Shown: one piece after another, positions 29,034 through 38,723 of the stretch
How positions within the stretch are numbered: the first letter of the stretch is position 1
How the letters are laid out: every line of letters starts with the position of its first letter
Assembly (NCBI GenBank): GCA_033723415.1
Contig: JAWVXD010000003.1
Coordinates: 128,001-192,000 of the forward strand
Source of the DNA: Sulfurospirillaceae bacterium
GTDB lineage: Bacteria; Campylobacterota; Campylobacteria; Campylobacterales; Sulfurospirillaceae
Direction: 5' to 3'
Length of the DNA: 64,000 nt
Notes under the pieces: generated by a model
Told to the model about the DNA's origin: nothing
What the model saw: the letters and a program-made list of their open reading frames with translations, nothing else
The model's database searches: none
Translations under genes and position numbers: made by a program

Positions 29034-30455
29034 ATGCAAAATTTACATAATATAAATATAGAAAGATCGGTTCTCAGTTCTATACTGTTTGATCCAGGTA
29101 TCTTTGAAGATATAGCGGCACTTCTTAAGCCAAAAGATTTTTATCTTCCTAGTCACAAATATATTTATGAAGCTATGCTTGAGTGTGAAAAAGAAGATCT
29201 GCCTATTGACGAAGAGTTTATCAAAAAGAAATTAAGTCAAGACAATCGTTTTGATGAAGATGCTATGTTGGAGATCATATCCACCAATCCACTTCCTGCG
29301 ACTAAAGCGTATATTGATGAGATACGAGAAAAATCAATCAAGAGAGAATTGATAGAGCTTACAACACAGATAAAAGATGTAGCCGTTGAGCAAGATCTTC
29401 CATCACATGACGTAGTTGATCTGGTTCAGCAAAAGTTATATCAGATCACACAAGATACAGGGGCTAAAGAGTTTAGGATTGCGAGTGAGATGTCAAAAGC
29501 TACGATCCAACATATTTTGGAGATGAAAAAACGCGGAAATATGGGCGTTGTAGGGCTAGATACAGGATTTAGCAAACTAAATCAGCTCACAACAGGATTT
29601 GGTGACGGTGATCTTATCATTGTAGCAGCACGTCCTGCTATGGGTAAAACTGCTTTTTGTCTAAATTTGGCTCAAAATGCACTTGATGACAATAAAGGCG
29701 TAGCGATATTTTCATTGGAGATGCCTGCAGAACAGCTTATGCTTAGGATGTTTAGTGCAAAGACTTCTATACCATTGCAAAAGATCAAAGTTGGAGATTT
29801 GAATGATGATGAATGGTCGAGGCTTTCAAGCGCTGCCGATGAAATATCCAAAAAAGAATTTTTTGTAGATGACAACGGTAATGTTGACATACATAAAGTT
29901 AGAGCAAAACTAAGAAAACTTAAAACCCAGCATCCTGAGATCTCTTTGGCTATTATTGATTATTTGCAGCTTATGAGCGGTGGAGGAAACAAGGATAGAC
30001 ACCTAGAAGTCAGTGATATCAGTAGAGGACTTAAGCTCTTGGCCAGAGAGTTAGGCATGCCTATAATAGCCCTATCTCAGTTAAATAGAGGATTAGAGAG
30101 CAGAGGCGATAAAAGACCGATGCTGAGCGACTTAAGAGAATCCGGAGCGATTGAACAAGATGCAGATATCATTCTTTTTGTTTATAGAGATGATGTTTAT
30201 AGAGTAAGAGAAGAAAAAGAAAAAGAGCAAAAAGCAAGACTGGAAGGAAAAGAATACAAAAGCAACTTTTTTGAAAAACCGGAAGAAAGTGCAGAAGTTA
30301 TCATAGGTAAGAACAGAAATGGTCCTATAGGAGTTGCCAATCTAGTATTTCAGAAAAACTGTACAAGATTTGTAGATGATGGCGGGGTGCCTATAGAAAT
30401 AGTATATAAAAATACAGATAAAAACGAAGCAAAAATTTCTATGCCTACACTTTAA
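29034..30455 (+). CDS. dnaB: Replicative DNA helicase
   Basis: ARPAMGKT, FSLEM, IDYLQL, LSQLNR and DLRESGAIEQDAD motifs; no intein. Confidence 0.97.
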   Translation: MQNLHNINIERSVLSSILFDPGIFEDIAALLKPKDFYLPSHKYIYEAMLECEKEDLPIDEEFIKKKLSQDNRFDEDAMLEIISTNPLPATKAYIDEIREKSIKRELIELTTQIKDVAVEQDLPSHDVVDLVQQKLYQITQDTGAKEFRIASEMSKATIQHILEMKKRGNMGVVGLDTGFSKLNQLTTGFGDGDLIIVAARPAMGKTAFCLNLAQNALDDNKGVAIFSLEMPAEQLMLRMFSAKTSIPLQKIKVGDLNDDEWSRLSSAADEISKKEFFVDDNGNVDIHKVRAKLRKLKTQHPEISLAIIDYLQLMSGGGNKDRHLEVSDISRGLKLLARELGMPIIALSQLNRGLESRGDKRPMLSDLRESGAIEQDADIILFVYRDDVYRVREEKEKEQKARLEGKEYKSNFFEKPEESAEVIIGKNRNGPIGVANLVFQKNCTRFVDDGGVPIEIVYKNTDKNEAKISMPTL

Positions 30456-30472
30456 GATAGGCTTCATATAAA

Positions 30473-31723
30473 ATGGAGTCTGTACCGCTTTTTACAAATA
30501 AGAAAGAGATATTTGTAACATTTATGGTACTTCTTATACTATTTTGCTTTTCTTTAGGATTTGAGTATATAAAATATAAAGATCTAGTAAGAAAGCCTTT
30601 TTATACAACTCAAGCCAAAGTACTAAATCATTATCAAAAGAGTAGTAAAAAGAGTAAACCTTATGATGTTTTCAAACTTAGAAGTGAAGAAGGATTTACA
30701 TTTTATACTATAAGTTGGAAACATCGAAATATTTCTACAGGTGATAGTGTTACTATCAAATTCAGAACAAAACATATAAAATTCGTTGAATATATGAAGA
30801 GTTTTTTTACTCGATATATCTTTTTAAGTAAAGCGACAAAACAACACGATTCATATTTAGATCGTATAAAATCTTATGTTAGAAATCAGCATAAAACTTT
30901 TGAAACAAAAGAGATATTTTCAGCACTATTCTTTTCCTCTGCTATAAGTAAAAAAAGTAGAGAGAAAATTCAAAAACTAGGGATTTCTCATTTAATCGCT
31001 ATAAGCGGTTTCCATCTAGGTTTGCTTAGCTTGATCTTGTTTTTTTTATTTACCCCTGTTTATAGGCTTTTTCAAGATAGATATTTCCCATATAGAAATA
31101 TAAAAGCAGATTTATCTGTGATAGTATTCTTCTTTTTATTTTTATATATGTACGTGATAGATTTTTCTCCATCATTTTTACGTTCGTTTGTTATGGCTGT
31201 TTTTGGTTTTTTCTTATTTAGCAGACATATTAAGATAGTATCATTTTTGACTCTTCTTTTGAGCATTTGTTTTATACTGGTTTTATTCCCCAAACTGATT
31301 TTTTCTATATCTTTTTGGTTCTCTGTAAGCGGTGTTTTTTATATATTTTTATTTCTAAAACATTTTTCAAATTTCAATAAAATACTAATTTTTATATTAT
31401 TGAATTTTTGGGTATATCTCGCAATGTTGCCCATAGTACATTTTGTTTTTCCGGTTTTTACTCCATTGCAACTTGCTTCTCCTCTCTTGAGTATGTTATT
31501 TACCGTTTTTTATCCTGTAGAACTTTTTGCACATTTGATGAATTTTGGAGGTTTGTTCGATAGTGGAATTGAGTATTTACTTAATTTAAAAACAAATTTT
31601 TATGAGATAATGACACCAATATGGTTTTTGATACCCTACTTATTGTTGTCTCTCCTGGGTATCTTTTATAGATGGCTGGCTGTCTTGAGTATCTCCCTTT
31701 CCTTTGGTATATTCCTCATTTAA
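30473..31723 (+). CDS. comEC: ComEC/Rec2 family competence membrane channel (short form, no beta-lactamase domain)
   Basis: GISHLIAISGFH motif, SPSFLRS, SFWFS and many transmembrane segments. Confidence 0.88.
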   Translation: MESVPLFTNKKEIFVTFMVLLILFCFSLGFEYIKYKDLVRKPFYTTQAKVLNHYQKSSKKSKPYDVFKLRSEEGFTFYTISWKHRNISTGDSVTIKFRTKHIKFVEYMKSFFTRYIFLSKATKQHDSYLDRIKSYVRNQHKTFETKEIFSALFFSSAISKKSREKIQKLGISHLIAISGFHLGLLSLILFFLFTPVYRLFQDRYFPYRNIKADLSVIVFFFLFLYMYVIDFSPSFLRSFVMAVFGFFLFSRHIKIVSFLTLLLSICFILVLFPKLIFSISFWFSVSGVFYIFLFLKHFSNFNKILIFILLNFWVYLAMLPIVHFVFPVFTPLQLASPLLSMLFTVFYPVELFAHLMNFGGLFDSGIEYLLNLKTNFYEIMTPIWFLIPYLLLSLLGIFYRWLAVLSISLSFGIFLI

Positions 31724-32488
31724 AACACAATATAATTTCATTCCATATAGATAAATTAGCCATGAAAAGTATATCCATAAAAAGAAGAACATGACGATAC
31801 TAAACGATCCGTAAATACTCAGATAAGTTTTGTTATAAGTAACATAAAAAACAAATAAGTTTTTTGATATGTACCATGTCAACGAAGCGATAAAAGAGGC
31901 GATCAAAACCATTTTTTTATTTACTTTGACATTTGATGAGATAATGTACATGATAAAGAATAGAAGCCAGATGATGAAATACGGGAAAAATAGATAGATA
32001 TTGATGGAGTCGGTGTATGCACTTTTTGATAAAAAGTTTTGCGCGACTTGTGAAAAATAAAACGAGATCGCAAGACCCAGCGGCATCAACGTGACCATTG
32101 TCCAGTATGTTGTAAGAGATTCCCAGAGAGTTCTAGTTCTTACTTTAAATATTGAACTCACGATCTTCTCGTAATCAAAGAAGAACATTACAGAAACATA
32201 TAGAACGAAGATGAGACCGACAGTACCCATACTCCCCGTATTTTCCATAAATTTGTTTAGATATTGGCTTATTACTTCTTGTTGTGTCGGTATCATGGAA
32301 TTAAAAATAAAATTTTGAATTTTTTCGTATTGATCTTTAAAGCTAGGCATCTTGGTAAAAATACTAAAGCTTATCAGAAGTATTGGAATTAAAGACAAGA
32401 TAGTGTGAAAGCTAAGAGATGAAGCATAGTGAGCAAGCTCTTTATCCTCCATCTTCTTTATGACTCTTTTTATCTTGTCAAATTTCAT
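31640..32488 (-). CDS. YihY/virulence factor BrkB family inner membrane protein
   Basis: ASSLSFHTILSLIP and YLSIYGSF..FFFLWIY.SW..YLYG motifs. Confidence 0.9.
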   Translation of the reverse strand: MKFDKIKRVIKKMEDKELAHYASSLSFHTILSLIPILLISFSIFTKMPSFKDQYEKIQNFIFNSMIPTQQEVISQYLNKFMENTGSMGTVGLIFVLYVSVMFFFDYEKIVSSIFKVRTRTLWESLTTYWTMVTLMPLGLAISFYFSQVAQNFLSKSAYTDSINIYLFFPYFIIWLLFFIMYIISSNVKVNKKMVLIASFIASLTWYISKNLFVFYVTYNKTYLSIYGSFSIVMFFFLWIYFSWLIYLYGMKLYCVLNEEYTKGKGDTQDSQPSIKDTQERQQ

Positions 32489-33867
32489 TATAATCCCATT
32501 TTACTTGGATTTAAGATATTGTTTGGATCAAAAGCTTTTTTGATAGAGCGAAATAGTTCCATCTCTGCATCACTAAAAGCCATCTTCATAAAAGGTGCTT
32601 TGCTTAATCCTATTCCGTGTTCTCCACTTAACGTTCCACCTAATTCTATAGTTACTTTAAATATCTCAATTATTGCTTCATGACCTATTTCAAGTTGTTT
32701 TGGATCATTGCCGTCTACCATTACGTTAGTATGCACGTTGCCATCACCGGTATGACCGAAACATGGTATGTTTACATTGTATCTTTTTGATATTTTGTCA
32801 ACTGCTTCGAGAAGTGCAGGGAGCTTGCTTCTTGGGACCGTTATATCTTCATTGAGTTTTTTGCTACCGTAAATAGTGATGCTTTGGCTGGCATTTCTTC
32901 TCGCAAACCAAAGCGCTGCTGATTCTTCTTTGTCTTTTGCAATCTTGAATTCCGTACAACCGTTTTCTTTAAAACTTTTTTCAATAATTTCTAACTGATT
33001 TTCAAGCTCTTCTTCTAGATTCCCGTCCACGTCAGTTATCAAAATAGCTCCTGCATCGGTCGGTAGTCCTTTGTGAAATTTTTGCTCAACGGCTCTTATG
33101 CTGAGGTTGTCCAAAAATTCCATAGCAACAGGCGTTACACCTGCAGCCATCGTTTTAAATACCGCTTCCATTGCTTTTTGTACACTTGGAAAGATTCCCA
33201 TAGCACTACGTGATAGTTTTGGCTTAGCAAGAAGTTTTAGCGTGATTTCACTAAGTACTGCCAGTGTTCCCTCGCTTGCGATTAGGATGCCTGCAATATT
33301 ATAACCTGCTACGTCTTTTATAGTACGTTTTCCGGCTCTTATGATATCTCCGTTTGGCAAAACTGCTCTCAGTGCCATCACAAAATCTTTGGTTATTCCA
33401 TATTTTGCAGCCCTCATCCCTCCTGCATTCTCACTGACGTTTCCACCTAAAGTAGAATAGTCTTGGCTTGCAGGATCAGGAGGGTAAAACAATCCTCTCT
33501 TCTCGACTTCTTTTTGTAAATCCATATTTATGACGCCAGGTTGTACTACTGCCACAAGATTTTCCATATCAATTTCTAGTATTTTATTCATATGTTTTTC
33601 TAGTGCCAAGATTATACCGCCTTCTGCAGGTAGTGCTCCACCTGTAAATCCGCTTCCTGCACCTCTTGGGGTTATGATTATTTTATGTTCATTACAATAT
33701 TTTAGGATTTTGCTTATATCCTCTTCATCTCTAGGGAATACTACAGCATCCGGTTCATAGTGATTTCTTGTCGCATCATACGAATATGCTAAAAGATGTG
33801 CTTTGTCATCATAAACATTTTCTTTTCCGACTATATCTTTAAAATACTCTATGTGTGAAGTTTTCAT
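32488..33867 (-). CDS. glcD: FAD-linked oxidase, GlcD-like (2-hydroxyacid dehydrogenase)
   Basis: PRGAGSG, PPDPAS, NAGG, SEGTLA, HTGDGNVH and GEHGIG motifs. Confidence 0.9.
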   Translation of the reverse strand: MKTSHIEYFKDIVGKENVYDDKAHLLAYSYDATRNHYEPDAVVFPRDEEDISKILKYCNEHKIIITPRGAGSGFTGGALPAEGGIILALEKHMNKILEIDMENLVAVVQPGVINMDLQKEVEKRGLFYPPDPASQDYSTLGGNVSENAGGMRAAKYGITKDFVMALRAVLPNGDIIRAGKRTIKDVAGYNIAGILIASEGTLAVLSEITLKLLAKPKLSRSAMGIFPSVQKAMEAVFKTMAAGVTPVAMEFLDNLSIRAVEQKFHKGLPTDAGAILITDVDGNLEEELENQLEIIEKSFKENGCTEFKIAKDKEESAALWFARRNASQSITIYGSKKLNEDITVPRSKLPALLEAVDKISKRYNVNIPCFGHTGDGNVHTNVMVDGNDPKQLEIGHEAIIEIFKVTIELGGTLSGEHGIGLSKAPFMKMAFSDAEMELFRSIKKAFDPNNILNPSKMGL

Positions 33868-34712
33868 TTCATTTTCGTCTTTAAATAATTGTATAGATTA
33901 AAAGGAGTATCCTTCTCACTTGAATTATTGTCGTTTGAAGTTGTCCCTATATTGGTTATCCTAGAAAAAATTGAATATCCACTTTCGCTATTTTCACCAC
34001 CGTTTTTGATCAAAGCTTTATAATAGTCTAAATACGAATCAATCTTACTTGATCCAAATTCAAACATTGAACTATCAATGTTCTTAACTCTGCTGTAAAA
34101 CGGAACTTGAAAATTTTTTATTGGAAAAGCTTTGTCTTTTTTTACCACTTTAAAATCATTGCAATCTACAAAATATAAGGCATCATCCATAGCAAACAAG
34201 ATCAAAGACGCAGCATTTTGCGAACACATTTGTTGAAAAAGTTTTTTGTCCGGATTTGGTCTGTACATCTTTGCTAAAAAAGACGCTGGAATATCTGGAT
34301 TTACCCAAGTAATATTTTTATACTTATTGATAATTTCGCTATATACTTTATAATTTGGAGCGACTATCAAAGCTCTGTCGTAAAGATAATTTATTATTAC
34401 TTCATCACCTACTTGCGGAGTTATGCCTGATCTTGGCAGTGAATTTTGCTTAAGACCTATATAGTTCTTGATTTTCAATGTGGCAGTATCACCAGATTTA
34501 TTGATTACTCTAACGCTTGATATAATACTTGATGTTGATTTGTCAAATTTGTGTATTATAATACCTGTCGAACCTATAGTAAAGTCTTTCGAATTTTTTA
34601 TGGTTACGTGATTTCCGTTTATTCCTATGACGTTAGTTTTAAATTCGTTATATAAGCCGTTAGCATTTAATACCGAAAAAATAATAGACAAGATCAATAT
34701 AGCCTTTCTCAA
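33864..34712 (-). CDS. Exported protein, plasminogen-binding protein (PgbA) N-terminal domain-like
   Basis: Signal peptide; IGSTGIIIH, LKQNSLP, P..GDEV..NYLYDRALIVAPN, W..PD and FYSRV pattern; syntenic position between glcD and the M23 gene. Confidence 0.7.
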   Translation of the reverse strand: MRKAILILSIIFSVLNANGLYNEFKTNVIGINGNHVTIKNSKDFTIGSTGIIIHKFDKSTSSIISSVRVINKSGDTATLKIKNYIGLKQNSLPRSGITPQVGDEVIINYLYDRALIVAPNYKVYSEIINKYKNITWVNPDIPASFLAKMYRPNPDKKLFQQMCSQNAASLILFAMDDALYFVDCNDFKVVKKDKAFPIKNFQVPFYSRVKNIDSSMFEFGSSKIDSYLDYYKALIKNGGENSESGYSIFSRITNIGTTSNDNNSSEKDTPFNLYNYLKTKMK

Positions 34713-34831
34713 ATGAAGCTCCTTTTTCTTTTTGTGGTAAAATTATACAATAACTAACCGAAAATAAAACTTTTGCAATTTATAAGTAACACTAAGTTAT
34801 AATCAATTCAATAATTTTTGAAGGGGGCTTT

Positions 34832-36016
34832 GTGAGGAAACTGTTGTTAATTATTCTTGTCTTGTCATCTTGTTTGAATGCAGCCTATTTGGAAGAGCAA
34901 ACTTGGAAAAACGGCGAAACCTTTCTTGATTTTTTAAGCAAAAACTCTCTGCCTCTAAATATCTATTATGATTTGGACGGAAGAGATAAAGAATTGGCCG
35001 CTGAGATCATATCAGGTACAAAATTTCAAATCTTAAGAGATGACAATAAAAAGATAGAACAAGTCCTTATCCCTGTCGGCGAAGAATTACAGCTTCATAT
35101 AGAAAAACAAGGTAAATCATATATCTTAACCACTACCCCAATAGCATATCAAGAAAAACAAGAAACGGTAGCGCTTCAAATTACAAGTTCTCCATATCAA
35201 GATATAATAGATGCGACGCACAACTATCTTCTGGCGCATGAATTTATACAATCATATAAGAAAAGCGTAAATTTTAAACATTTGAGAAAAGGTGATAACC
35301 TTGTCATATTTTATTCTAAAAAGATAAGACTGGGGCAACAATTCGGTGCTCCTACGATAGAAGCTTCTATGGTTGAAGTAAGGGGCGTAAAACATTATGT
35401 TTTCTTATACAATAAGAATAGATACTATGATTCAAACGGTAGGGAAGTTGAAGGTTTTTTCCTAAGTTTGCCGGTACATTATACAAGAATCTCAGATCGT
35501 TTTACGTATAAAAGATGGCATCCTATCCTACACAGATATAGAGCTCATTTGGGGATAGATTATGCTGCTCCAAGAGGCACACCAGTCAAAGCGGCAAGAT
35601 CAGGCAGAGTTATATTTGTTGGTAGAAAAGGCGGCTACGGCAATACTGTGGTAATAGCTCACGAAGATGGATATAAAACGCTGTATGGGCACTTAGAGAA
35701 GTTTAAAAGAGGAATGAGAAGAGGCAAACATGTTAAAAAAGGTCAAGTGATTGCATATGTTGGTTCAACCGGTCTTAGTACCGGACCGCATTTACATTTT
35801 GGACTATACAGAGGAGCTGTCGCTATAAATCCTGATAGTGCTATCCAGCTAGTCAAAAGTGTATTGGCAGGAAAAGAAAGACAAAAATTTATGAAATATA
35901 CTGCTAAGTTCAAAGAGAATATGAATTTGGCCTTGATAAAGAAAAAACAACCTACGATGGAGCAAAAATTCAAATACATAGTTAGTTTAGAACAAAAAGA
36001 CAAATACGTAGAGTAA
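34832..36016 (+). CDS. M23 family peptidoglycan DD-endopeptidase (Csd3-like)
   Basis: HLGIDY (HxxxD), YGHL and TGPHLHF (HxH); signal peptide. Confidence 0.92.
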   Translation: MRKLLLIILVLSSCLNAAYLEEQTWKNGETFLDFLSKNSLPLNIYYDLDGRDKELAAEIISGTKFQILRDDNKKIEQVLIPVGEELQLHIEKQGKSYILTTTPIAYQEKQETVALQITSSPYQDIIDATHNYLLAHEFIQSYKKSVNFKHLRKGDNLVIFYSKKIRLGQQFGAPTIEASMVEVRGVKHYVFLYNKNRYYDSNGREVEGFFLSLPVHYTRISDRFTYKRWHPILHRYRAHLGIDYAAPRGTPVKAARSGRVIFVGRKGGYGNTVVIAHEDGYKTLYGHLEKFKRGMRRGKHVKKGQVIAYVGSTGLSTGPHLHFGLYRGAVAINPDSAIQLVKSVLAGKERQKFMKYTAKFKENMNLALIKKKQPTMEQKFKYIVSLEQKDKYVE

Positions 36017-36025
36017 GGATTTTTC

Positions 36026-37390
36026 GTGAATGAAGAGTTTGAAAAAAATATAGATTTTTTAAATGATTTTGTCGACAATAAAATAGAAGGTGAAATCTCA
36101 GCAACAGAGCTGGCAAAAATATTTAAAAATATAAAAAAGCATGATGAAGAAACCTTTTTCAAACTTTTAGAAAAAATCCCAAATGATGTTTTGGGTGAAG
36201 TTGTTTTAGAATTACCTGATCGTTTTTTAAAAGAGATTATTGAAAATGTATCAAAAGAGCGGTTAAAAGAAGCGATCGAAGAGCTAGAGAGTGATGATGC
36301 CACCGATTTGATTCAAGACATTGAAGAAGTTGACAGTGAACAAGCTAAAGAGATTTTGTCATTTTTGGATCAAGAAGATCAAGATGAGATAAAGAAACTA
36401 AAAAGATATGACGACGAAGAAGCCGGTGCATATATGCAAACCGAGCTTTTTACAGCTACATATGAAGAAACGATCCAATCAGCACTCGATAGACTCAAAC
36501 AGGAGAAAAAAGAAGGAACACTAGAAAATATTCACCATACTTTCATAGTAGATACCCTCGGCAGACTTATCTTTACCATTACGTTAGAAGATCTCATACT
36601 TTTTGATTTTAACAAGACATTTAGAGATCAACTAGAAAACAAAGAAGACGAATTTCAACCTAGATATGTAAAAGACACTGATGATATTGATGAAGTTGTT
36701 CATATATTTGAAAATTATGATCTAACCAGTCTTCCGGTTGTTGATAGCAACAATAAACTTATAGGAAGAATTACATCAGATGATATTCACGATCTCGTTC
36801 AAGAGATGGCAACTGAGCAGATATATGGACTAGCCGGTGTAGATGATGAAGCTGAGCATGAAGAAAATATAACAGAAGCAGGTAAATCTCGTGCTTCTTG
36901 GCTCTTTGTCAATCTTCTTACTGCTATCTTGGCATCATTTGTTATAGGTTTGTTCGATAAAACTCTTCAGTCATATGTAGCCCTTGCCGTGTTGATGCCT
37001 ATAGTAGCTTCAATGGGAGGCAATGCCGGAACACAAACATTGACGATTATGGTTAGACAGCTGGCTTTGGGTGAAGTAGATTTTCAAAATGCAAAAGATG
37101 CGATAATAAAAGAGATGATACTCTCAAGTGCAAATGGTTTTATATTTGGAATTGTGATGGGGACTATCGCTTTTTTATGGTTTAGAGATTGGAGATTAGG
37201 TCTTATCATCGCATCGTCTATGCAGATAAATCTTGTAGCCGCAGGATTAGTCGGTGCGGGTATTCCTCTTCTTTTAAAAAGAATAGGAATAGATCCGGCA
37301 GTAGGAAGTACAGTTGTTTTAACAACTTTTACCGATGTTATAGGATTTTTCAGTTTTTTAGGATTGGCAAGTATATTTTTGTTTAAATAG
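36026..37390 (+). CDS. mgtE: Magnesium transporter MgtE
   Basis: Acidic N-domain, CBS pair, MGGNAGTQ, DPA and TTFTDVIG motifs. Confidence 0.95.
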   Translation: MNEEFEKNIDFLNDFVDNKIEGEISATELAKIFKNIKKHDEETFFKLLEKIPNDVLGEVVLELPDRFLKEIIENVSKERLKEAIEELESDDATDLIQDIEEVDSEQAKEILSFLDQEDQDEIKKLKRYDDEEAGAYMQTELFTATYEETIQSALDRLKQEKKEGTLENIHHTFIVDTLGRLIFTITLEDLILFDFNKTFRDQLENKEDEFQPRYVKDTDDIDEVVHIFENYDLTSLPVVDSNNKLIGRITSDDIHDLVQEMATEQIYGLAGVDDEAEHEENITEAGKSRASWLFVNLLTAILASFVIGLFDKTLQSYVALAVLMPIVASMGGNAGTQTLTIMVRQLALGEVDFQNAKDAIIKEMILSSANGFIFGIVMGTIAFLWFRDWRLGLIIASSMQINLVAAGLVGAGIPLLLKRIGIDPAVGSTVVLTTFTDVIGFFSFLGLASIFLFK

Positions 37391-37402
37391 TCCAGACATC
37401 TT

Positions 37403-38293
37403 TTAATCTATAAATCTCTTTTCTATATTTTTATAAGTCTCTATTCTTCTGTCTCTTAAAAATGGCCAAATTCTTCTAGTGTCTTCACATCTTTGCATAT
37501 CTAGTTCACAGATTATAACTTTTTCTTCTTCACTATTTGCTTTTATCAAAAATTCTCCCTGTGGACCGCAAACAAAGGAATTTCCCCAAAATCTAATACC
37601 ATCTAGCACCTTATGATCATCAAGCTCTTTGCCTACACGGTTAATCGCAACCAAAGGTAATCCGTTTGCTACTGCATGACCTCTTTGAACAGTGATCCAG
37701 GCTTCTAACTGTTTTTGTTTTTCATCAACACTGTCTTCATCAAACCAACCTATTGCAGTTGGATATATCAAAATCTCAGCACCTGCTAAGCTCATCAATC
37801 TTGCTGCTTCAGGATACCACTGATCCCAGCAGATCAAAACTCCTAGTTTTCCTACACTTGTTTGTATTGGATCATACCCTAGATCTCCGGGAGTAAAATA
37901 AAATTTTTCATAAAATCCAGGATCGTCAGGTATGTGCATTTTTCTATATTTCCCTGCTATACTGCCATCTTTTTCAAAAACTATTGCAGTATTGTGATAA
38001 ATGCCTTCTGTCCTTTTCTCGAACAGAGAAGTCAAAAGAACAATACTATTTTGCTTTGCCACATTTGACCAATAATTTATATCTTCTTCCCAGCTATTTG
38101 CGAGATCAAAATTTTTGACATCCTCATTTATGCAAAAATATCTATCTTGATGAAGTTCTTGAAGCAAGACCAATTCTGCTCCGCCCTTAGCTGCTGTTTT
38201 TATCATATCTACCGTTTTTTGTACTGTTTCTTTTTTAGAGTTGACAAAAGATTGTTGTATAAGAGCTATTTTTAGTTTTGTTTTTTTTGACAT
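37403..38293 (-). CDS. aguB: Carbon-nitrogen hydrolase, N-carbamoylputrescine amidase
   Basis: LQELH, YRKMHIPDDPGFYEKFYF, ICWDQWYPE and WPFLRDRR motifs; agmatine deiminase nearby on the same strand. Confidence 0.88.
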   Translation of the reverse strand: MSKKTKLKIALIQQSFVNSKKETVQKTVDMIKTAAKGGAELVLLQELHQDRYFCINEDVKNFDLANSWEEDINYWSNVAKQNSIVLLTSLFEKRTEGIYHNTAIVFEKDGSIAGKYRKMHIPDDPGFYEKFYFTPGDLGYDPIQTSVGKLGVLICWDQWYPEAARLMSLAGAEILIYPTAIGWFDEDSVDEKQKQLEAWITVQRGHAVANGLPLVAINRVGKELDDHKVLDGIRFWGNSFVCGPQGEFLIKANSEEEKVIICELDMQRCEDTRRIWPFLRDRRIETYKNIEKRFID

Positions 38294-38414
38294 CGTATTG
38301 CCTTATTTTAAAATCTATACTTCTTTTATGAAGTATTAATAATATGTGAAAATTTCTATTTTTCAAATATTATCATAAACTTTTTGTACAGAAGCTAAAT
38401 TTATGATATATTTT

Positions 38415-38429
38415 TGAGAATGATTATCA
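38415..38429. promoter_or_regulatory. Fur box upstream of feoAB
   Basis: TGAGAAT-G-ATTATCA, a 7-1-7 match to TGATAATnATTATCA (one mismatch). Confidence 0.8.
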
Positions 38430-38498
38430 ATTTAAGTATATTTTAATTTATTTTTGATATTATTCTTCTCATATTTGAATCAAGGATTATGAAAAAAT

Positions 38499-38723
38499 AT
38501 GAAAAATGTATCTGACATGAAAATATCCGAAAAAGCAACAATAAAAAAAATAATAGCAAAAGAACCTATAAAAAGTAGGCTTTTAGCCATGGGAATAGTC
38601 AAAGGTGCAAATATAAAAGTATTAGAACATACTTTAGCAAAACAGACTTGGGACGTACTCAGCAACAACACCAAAATAGCCCTAAGAGAAGAAGAAGCCA
38701 AAGGAATATTAGTAGATGAATAA
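38499..38723 (+). CDS. feoA: Ferrous iron transport protein A
   Basis: RLLAMGIVKGA.I.V...IALREEEA..I.V FeoA pattern; overlaps the feoB start. Confidence 0.9.
   Translation: MKNVSDMKISEKATIKKIIAKEPIKSRLLAMGIVKGANIKVLEHTLAKQTWDVLSNNTKIALREEEAKGILVDE

Noticed and set aside
35743..36303. 186-aa minus-strand ORF
   Set aside because: Antisense to the M23 and mgtE genes, Ser/Phe-rich shadow composition, no family motifs.
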